Source of the DNA: an uncultured delta proteobacterium
Lineage (GTDB): Bacteria; Desulfobacterota; Desulfuromonadia; Desulfuromonadales; BM103
Length of the DNA: 33,317 bases
Direction: 5' to 3'
Assembly: GCA_963715335.1 (NCBI GenBank)
Contig: CAVQRZ010000016.1
Coordinates: forward strand, 1-33,317
Below, one piece after another: positions 29,101-33,317 of the stretch. Positions within the stretch are counted from its first letter, which is position 1. Every line of letters begins with the position of its first letter. The notes under the pieces are model-generated. The model was not told the origin of the DNA. It saw only the letters and a list, made by a program, of their open reading frames with translations, and did not search any database. The position numbers and the translations under genes were made by a program.

Positions 29101-32100
29101 GCCGAATTCACCGGCAAGACTGTCGTAAGTCGCTTCGACCGTGTTGGTGAACGTCTGCTGCGGTGCCGCATCGTCATCGTAGTCGACACGGTAATACAGG
29201 ACGACCGACTGGCCAGGGTCGATACGCTGCAGAGCTGAACTGTGCAGATGCGAAAAGGTGATTTGAGCCGGGAGACCGTTCTTGACCTGGTTGTCTACGA
29301 TTGATCCTTCGCCATTGGTATCATCGACACCGAACACTGTATCGCCGTCATTGTCCAGGCCGTCACTATCGAAAGGAAAGACGTAAGCAAGGTCGCTGTT
29401 GTCGAGACGATCGGTGACGGTCACATCATAGGCGGGTGCGCGCCGTACCCCGTCACTGCTCTGCACGTTGGTCAAGGTGATGCGATAAAGATAGGTGCTG
29501 TAGGCATCTCCGTCATCGGCGACCGGGACAAAGTTGCTGCATGAGGTCCCGGTCCCGTAGAGGGCTTCGTTGCACACTTCCTTGATAACGCCAAGCAAAG
29601 GCTCGGTGACGGTCAGATCGACACGACGGATTGCCTCATTCGGGTAACCGACAGTGTCGGGACCGAGTCCGTACTGTTCAACCAAACCGGTATTGTCATT
29701 CCTGAAGGTCGCATCGAAGGTTGAGACCAAAACATTGTGGCTGTTTGCGGCATGGACATTCGGCGGCAAGCGTTGATCGGCAAGTTTGTTGAGCAATCGC
29801 GTTTTTGCATCGATGACAAACCATTCATCGGCGACCCTGATTTGTTCGCTGTCAGGAACATTGAAACGCCAGTCGAACCACCCTTCATCCAACGGCTCAA
29901 GGCCGGCCGGGTTCAATGTCACGTTGCGGATAAGTGAAGTCGATTGTGCATAGGGATCGGAACTGTCAATGTATGCCTGGCCATCGGGAACTTCATCGAC
30001 GACATCGATATTCTGTACTGCAATATAGGAGAACCCCGGAGTTTTGAAACCAAACCAGCCTCCCGTCTCGATGTGGAAGATACATTCCTCACCGATCTGC
30101 AGCATTTCGTGGCCGTTGGCATCATAGGTTGGCGGATTGTTCTCGTTGCAGGTGCCGGCTTGACCCTTTTTCAGGTTGAAGCCGATAACACGCGCCCAGG
30201 TTGCATCCATTGAGTAATTGTTGGCACGATCAAGTTCACCGTCGGCCCGAAGGATCGGAGCCGGGAACCAGAGCGGGGTACCGTCGCTTAAAGTGATCTC
30301 TCCCACGACGTCGGCCCGCAAGCTGAGGTCATCGATCAGGAGACGAGCCGGATCCGTGGTTTTCCTGACATCGAAATTGAACGTGACGGTTGCACCCGGC
30401 GCAATGACGACGGGGGAGCGACATTCGTAAACCGTCGCCGATGACGGGATTGGTGTCGGTTGAACCCAGACTTTCAAAGGATCCGGCTGATTTGGTGACC
30501 CTGACAAGGTCACCGGATTGCACCCGTTCGGAGCATTGACAACGTCCATGGTCGCTCCGAAACTGACAAAGGCGCGGTAATCTGCGGCATCATGCCCGCC
30601 GTTGTTGGTTAAAAGGATTGGCAGTGTCAGAAGCTGATCGGGGTCGTTGGTGAGGATAAAAACCTCTCCGCCGACTGCGATATCGAGATCTTCCGGGAAT
30701 GCAGGAATCTCCGAACCCGCAGGATTGCCGTTACCGTTCCCCGTCAGAACAAGGGTCTGGCTCCCCTGTGATGAACAAAAAAGATCAAAATCAACGGTCA
30801 GCGTGTTGACCAGGGGGGTCTGATAATCAGGGTCGGTCGCGGTGACACCATATTCCTCGGGATTCACATCAAGATTGGCGTTACGATCGTAATAATCGGA
30901 TTCGATCAAAACGACACGGAAACGAACGACCGCGACATCGCCATGACGCAGCATGTTGATCTGGTCAGGATACAGGGGGTGAGCTGTGCCATTGCTCGTC
31001 AAGTCGAATTCCGGGGAGATATTGGCAAGCGGATCAACTGTGTTTTCATTGGTCCAGGTCAGCGTATCGACCATACCGTCGTACGTAGCACCGTAGGCCG
31101 GGGTTACGTCGATTTGTGGTCTGAAGGTTGCGTCCACCACGTATTCCGGCGGCAGGACATCGGCGAGGTGAATGTTTTTCACGCTGCCGCCGCTGTTGTT
31201 GCGAATCACAATGGTCATCGTCCCCTTGCTGCCGACCGGTTGCGATGTATTGGTTCCGGTCAACCGACGTTCTACATTCAGGACAGGATGGTTGTCGTTG
31301 TAGCGGGTATAGAATGCTGCGGTATCGGCAGGAACGAGACCGGCGGAGGTCTGCGAGAGGCCGCCTGCAGGAGATTGCGCACCGCAACCCCACTGAACAT
31401 CGTCCACCGTATTTGTTTTGACGGTTTCGCATGAGCCGCTGCCGGTAATCTTGCCGACCAGGTAGATAAAAGCCTGGCCTCCAGCGTCAACATCGACCTC
31501 ATAGCCATCAAAAGAACTTGCCATATCCCCGAAAGGACTGGTGACGACAAAATTGTCGATCGTGTTGCCGACAGCAACACAACCTGCCGCGGTGCCGACG
31601 CCATTATTTGCCGCAATAGCATTGGCCGACCCTTCAGTTGGGCACGCATGACTGATGGTCATGCTGCCAGGCTCCATCAGGTCATCCAGACGGAGGTCCT
31701 GCAAGTCTGCCAAGCCGCCATTACCGACCCGGATACGCCAGACGACGTCGTCGTTGTTGTTGCCGTATACCGGGTCGCTCTGGGAATTGCGCCGTTGACC
31801 CGCATCGTAGTTCCAGCCTCTTTTGGTGATCTGCGGGACAGGCTCGCGTAACGGCAAGACATCCTGAGCAAACTGCGGTGAATCGCTGCAGCCCGAGTCC
31901 GTCGAGAAAGTCATTGTCGCCTGAAGGGTTCGGTCCGCAGCGAGAAGACCCTCCGGGTCGTTTGTGCGGCGTACGGCAAACGTGATCGAAACGGAGTCAA
32001 ACTGATTGGGATTCCGACGGGATTCCAGAACTGCGAGTGCCGGGATCTGAGCCGAGCTAAAAGTCAGTCTTGAGCCGCCGGCACTGATGACGGGCGGCTG

Positions 32101-32469
32101 CAATCCATTTATGATCGGCCCGTTATTGATACGATAGGTGATCGGGTTCGGGGCCCCTGGATCATAGCTTAAGCCTGAAACACCCAGGTTCTCTTCAATG
32201 ACTAAATTTGTCATGATCGCACCCGGGATCTCCGGAACGGTGGGATCGAACGGATTATTCGTATAGCGATACGGGTTGGCAGCCACGATTGTTACGTACC
32301 CGTAACTGCAGAGCTCGCAGAAACTTGTGCTCAAATCGTGATCGATAAAGGGCTGCGGTTTGAGATCACAGGGCGCCGCATGAATGACCACGGGACAGGA
32401 CAACAGGCAAAAAACACCCAACAGGGTGAAAATCAGCTGCCTCAAAATCTTCCGAATGCATTGCGTCAT
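23071..32469 (-). CDS. Giant secreted DUF11/isopeptide-forming Ig-repeat protein (putative adhesin), ~3380 aa when joined to 22326-23141
   Basis: The ORF-track start (32595) lies inside a riboswitch. ATG 32469 (or 32475) gives signal peptide MTQCIRKILRQLIFTLLGVFCLLSCPVVIHA. About 16 repeats of K...G[DE]xLxYx[IL]xxxNxG...DxxP...N. SdrD-B-like GNVWHDANLN. Confidence 0.85.
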   Translation of the reverse strand: MTQCIRKILRQLIFTLLGVFCLLSCPVVIHAAPCDLKPQPFIDHDLSTSFCELCSYGYVTIVAANPYRYTNNPFDPTVPEIPGAIMTNLVIEENLGVSGLSYDPGAPNPITYRINNGPIINGLQPPVISAGGSRLTFSSAQIPALAVLESRRNPNQFDSVSITFAVRRTNDPEGLLAADRTLQATMTFSTDSGCSDSPQFAQDVLPLREPVPQITKRGWNYDAGQRRNSQSDPVYGNNNDDVVWRIRVGNGGLADLQDLRLDDLMEPGSMTISHACPTEGSANAIAANNGVGTAAGCVAVGNTIDNFVVTSPFGDMASSFDGYEVDVDAGGQAFIYLVGKITGSGSCETVKTNTVDDVQWGCGAQSPAGGLSQTSAGLVPADTAAFYTRYNDNHPVLNVERRLTGTNTSQPVGSKGTMTIVIRNNSGGSVKNIHLADVLPPEYVVDATFRPQIDVTPAYGATYDGMVDTLTWTNENTVDPLANISPEFDLTSNGTAHPLYPDQINMLRHGDVAVVRFRVVLIESDYYDRNANLDVNPEEYGVTATDPDYQTPLVNTLTVDFDLFCSSQGSQTLVLTGNGNGNPAGSEIPAFPEDLDIAVGGEVFILTNDPDQLLTLPILLTNNGGHDAADYRAFVSFGATMDVVNAPNGCNPVTLSGSPNQPDPLKVWVQPTPIPSSATVYECRSPVVIAPGATVTFNFDVRKTTDPARLLIDDLSLRADVVGEITLSDGTPLWFPAPILRADGELDRANNYSMDATWARVIGFNLKKGQAGTCNENNPPTYDANGHEMLQIGEECIFHIETGGWFGFKTPGFSYIAVQNIDVVDEVPDGQAYIDSSDPYAQSTSLIRNVTLNPAGLEPLDEGWFDWRFNVPDSEQIRVADEWFVIDAKTRLLNKLADQRLPPNVHAANSHNVLVSTFDATFRNDNTGLVEQYGLGPDTVGYPNEAIRRVDLTVTEPLLGVIKEVCNEALYGTGTSCSNFVPVADDGDAYSTYLYRITLTNVQSSDGVRRAPAYDVTVTDRLDNSDLAYVFPFDSDGLDNDGDTVFGVDDTNGEGSIVDNQVKNGLPAQITFSHLHSSALQRIDPGQSVVLYYRVDYDDDAAPQQTFTNTVEATYDSLAGEFGSQSAPRRPNSDIGGARTYTTEPVLARVQIIPLMTQPKRIERLSNTPLNSVPGPQAVSIGEEIEYRINTLLPVALLRDFVIRDELPVGLSCAEAPIVNLDAAPYADAGFEPGGEIKPTCTENLVEWDFGTQRLTMGTGVSRYDFSIHFIARVENTLETDDADVISNGHPATVTTAEYIDETGTLVSYDIVQTDIVVSEPLIALTKAFNVTEADAGDTLTVTVTATNNGTATAYNLRVLEDLTGTGLSYLGNPGGLDPPDTADTATLGNNRPIFSWNLPNGIDVGATVSFSFDVRVEMDVKPLELLNNTIEADWTSLPGQFTALNSNGAIGESGSTTGMRNGTLPNSGHEVNDYEAAAASQVNVPAVTLSKTDLQPSIIPAIGAHKPFRIEIAFPEGVSTGAVATDRLNAAGLSYVLANHAGFDISYTFTGIASINGQAPAETAFNAVPADGASGNATWDIGTVVTRNEDDANLNELNPVIQIDYFVRINNDIDTDSGDMLQNGVDVSYVNGETGGLETLTEATALVTVSEPGLTLAKTLSNVTPGKGPADPPVAGDVLEYQLTLVNTGSTNSTAFDVNIVDALPAGLVLDPTFTPTATIDNVAIPGFVPLPAGAATGLLTWGRNNGDSSLDVFAGQILVITYHSLVQVVSGPGGLIENGVWGDWTSLEDVSTYERTGDGCPNISAPNDYCIGPVYATTTGIAPELVFSKTVINETTGENPGSIARPGDTLRYRLQVTNISAAPAGFFIIDEPDRLNDPPLFVPGSLAVIPGHPGVDASDPYGGSAGSGFVDIRDLTLDGGETLNIEFTVRLAPVITDETLVLNQAQLYLVGLESVLSDDPNQPDDEDPTQTLISSTPEWRIEKTSVSLTGSPDIVFAGDRLRYTITVKNIGTEHAKDVVLQDVIPENTSYIAGSTTLNGEAVADPVTGTSPLPGGLTINAPGDANPGVMRADATESADNVATISFDVQVDEDAASGTIISNQGFLNGSGIGSGNFLEQPSDDPETSDINDPTMDIVSSLDFRKSVFNQSTAGDGSEAIPGDVLRYRVEITNTGTVAFADLSLLDNLESLQPDDPMYFVPGTLMLTSVPAGADTANTDLTGGSKGTGLVDIRGLTIAAGETVAIEFTVQLAPVINNGTVVLNQAELGANGQTLRISDDVNPAAVGDQDPTSTLIHSAPVFEVLKTSTVLDGDPNVLLAGEALRYTLSIQNIGNEDAVDVVLQDNVPANTSYVPGSTTLNGDPVTDSAVGVSPLQGGLPIHAPGDATAGVVKANMSGTMDNVAVVTFDVVVNSDVADGTIIANQGFLSASGAGSGPTPAKASDDPDTAVLDDPTRDIVGNLPLIDAHKTVQLVGDPTGIVNPADVLRYTIAVTNAWSTAATGVVFTDAVPADTSYVADSVRLNGLPVGQPDHGVSPLIAGIDISSADRTPPIPGSGQGVLSPRAMAVITFDVRVNNGVATGTIISNQGVVRNNELPDELTDADGIDTNGDQPTRVVVGDVPQLSILKEVFVVDGTTAEPGRTLEYVIRVTNFGSLPATNVVLTDDLGPLAGQAGYIDNSASMNGSAAGVSYAGSILTAAYSDHYGDLSPGAEILLRFRVLIDQAVVAGVTITNTGVVTWSDPAETAAASVSLDVGGSPGSAILNGNVWHDANLNSARDETDHDLEGWSVSLYSNNRLLATVLTDTAGSYRLSGLNGAGGAYELRFRAAGARPDTPSLGHAVSPFTNGPQQISDIIVASGSNLQNLDLPITPNGVVYDSVRRTSVAGTRLTMLNAANNAPLPGQCFEDPLQQGQVTATDGFYKFDLNFSDPSCPPGATYRIDITPPQNGYEDTLSQIIAPGSEPTLPFSVPDCPGSQDDALPATEYCEITTSARPPPLSTRPGTPDTRYYLNFILSDGSNPLSIAALNAIAINGPMPSHSQIFNNHLPVDPVLNEAVTISKASSLINVSKGQLVPYTITLTNRYSAPLFDIGIVDTFPPGFKYVEGSARLNGHSREPHSCRATTHLGRYRPGV

Positions 32470-32512
32470 TGACATGTCCCGGTTGCAATACCCTGATGAA
32501 AAACCAGCTTCA

Positions 32513-32553
32513 AACAACAAAAGCGCCCGATCTTCTGCCGAAGATGAGCGCTC
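32513..32553 (-). terminator. Riboswitch intrinsic terminator (downstream copy)
   Basis: AGCGCTCATCTTC-GGCA-GAAGATCGGGCGCT followed by TTTGTTGTTT. Confidence 0.8.
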
Positions 32554-32593
32554 GAGGAATTGGCTGGCTGCCGGGATCCAAGATACGTGCTTC

Positions 32594-32679
32594 ATCTCTT
32601 CGGCAACCCGGCTATCCTGAATGGTCAGGACCCGTAGCTTTGCGTCACCAGATTGCTCTGGCTTTGCCCTTTCGGAGCT
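32594..32679 (-). ncRNA. c-di-GMP-I (GEMM) riboswitch aptamer, downstream copy
   Basis: CTCCGAAAGGGCAAAGCCAGAGCAATCTGGTGACGCAAAGCTACGGGTCCTGACCATTCAGGATAGCCGGGTTGCCGAAGAG. Contains GGCAAA, P2 with GCAA tetraloop, GACGCAAAG, P3 and GGGTTGCCG. Confidence 0.93.
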
Positions 32680-32732
32680 CTTTTACTCACTTAACGTCTA
32701 TCGTCTGATGAAAAACCCTTCCAGACGCCCCA

Positions 32733-32773
32733 GAACGAAAAAGCGCCCAATCTTCTGCCGAAGATGAGCGCTC
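32733..32773 (-). terminator. Riboswitch intrinsic terminator (upstream copy)
   Basis: AGCGCTCATCTTC-GGCA-GAAGATTGGGCGCT followed by TTTTCGTT. Confidence 0.8.
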
Positions 32774-32813
32774 GAGGAATTGGCTGGCTGCCGGGATCCA
32801 AGATACATGCTTC

Positions 32814-32900
32814 ATCTCTTCGGCAACCCGGCCATCCTGATCAATCAGGACCCGTAGCTTTGCGTCACCAGATTGCTCTGGCTTTGCCCTTATCGGAGAT
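32814..32900 (-). ncRNA. c-di-GMP-I (GEMM) riboswitch aptamer, upstream copy
   Basis: ATCTCCGATAAGGGCAAAGCCAGAGCAATCTGGTGACGCAAAGCTACGGGTCCTGATTGATCAGGATGGCCGGGTTGCCGAAGAGAT; P1 pairs ATCTC with GAGAT. Confidence 0.94.
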
Positions 32901-33022
32901 CTGTTGACTGGTTTGTTAATCGATAATATTTGCTCCAATCGTGGTCGACACTGCCATTGAGCCCGCCATGAAAAGAATCGAGCTCGATGAACATGCCATA
33001 TTTCTTCAGGTCGTAGTCGTGA

Positions 33023-33316
33023 TCAATTGAGCACCTTGAATTCGGCCCGGCGGTTCCTGGCCCAGGCCATTTCATTGTCTGCCGGATCGAGCGGTTTTTC
33101 TTCGCCATAGGAGATGGTCTTCAGGCGCTGCGGTGCAATACCGAGTGACACAAGATAAGTCCTGACCGATTGGGCGCGCCGTTCTCCAAGTGACAGGTTG
33201 TACTCGTCTGACCCGCGATCATCGCAATGCCCTTCAATGCGGACCATTAACTCAGGCACCAATTGCAGAATCGCTGCATTGGCAGTCAAGGTATTCCGGG
33301 CTTGTTCAGATAAAGT
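33023..33316 (-). CDS. pal: Peptidoglycan-associated lipoprotein Pal (5' end outside the window)
   Basis: IEGHCDDRGSDEYNLSLGERRA...ISYGEEKP...AWARNRRAEF; the frame stays open to the window edge. Confidence 0.9.
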   Translation of the reverse strand, partial: TLSEQARNTLTANAAILQLVPELMVRIEGHCDDRGSDEYNLSLGERRAQSVRTYLVSLGIAPQRLKTISYGEEKPLDPADNEMAWARNRRAEFKVLN

Positions 33317-33317
33317 C

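Larger units (their letters stand above)
32493..32900. repeat. Tandem direct duplication, period ~220 bp (aptamer + expression platform)
   Basis: 32521-32670 and 32741-32890 differ at 7 of 150 positions, 4 of them in the P3 loop. CTGATGAAAAACC is shared at 32493 and 32705. Confidence 0.95.

Noticed and set aside
32476..32595. N-terminal 40 aa of the 3174-aa ORF (start 32595)
   Set aside because: Overlaps the riboswitch end and terminator; the signal peptide begins at 32475/32469.
32493..32900. Repeat as a CRISPR array, or as a hammerhead ribozyme (CTGATGA on the + strand)
   Set aside because: Only two long units, no spacers and no cas genes. I could not find hammerhead stems, and the minus-strand riboswitch explains the structure.
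32687..32938. 83-aa ORF repeating MKHVSWIPAASQFLERSSSAED
   Set aside because: Translation of the duplicated riboswitch unit, not a protein repeat.

Overview
GC-rich bacterial chromosomal segment, probably from a Desulfuromonadales/Geobacter-like deltaproteobacterium (inferred from the dif right arm, the GEMM riboswitches and the REC-PilZ gene). It probably spans the replication terminus, with a 28-bp dif site at 5886-5913. The left 7 kb holds a decayed IS91-like remnant, a frameshifted outer-membrane beta-barrel gene, a decayed tRNA-Leu 3' (att-like) fragment, a HipBA-type toxin-antitoxin pair, ybaN, pyrC and a REC-PilZ regulator. The right 25 kb is one co-directional minus-strand cluster. 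It encodes a ~3380-aa DUF11/Ig-repeat secreted protein (split by a 1-nt frameshift), a 1720-aa triple-OmpA plus giant beta-barrel protein, a small exported protein, three TPR proteins, a GltF-like protein, a MotA/TolQ/ExbB protein, two ExbD proteins and a TonB-like (AgmX/PglI/GltG-type) protein. Together these resemble an Agl-Glt-like PMF motor coupled to a giant adhesin and its own barrel. Two tandem c-di-GMP-I riboswitches, each with its own terminator and predicted OFF logic, precede the cluster. A partial pal gene ends the window. All family assignments come from motif recognition; no searches were run.
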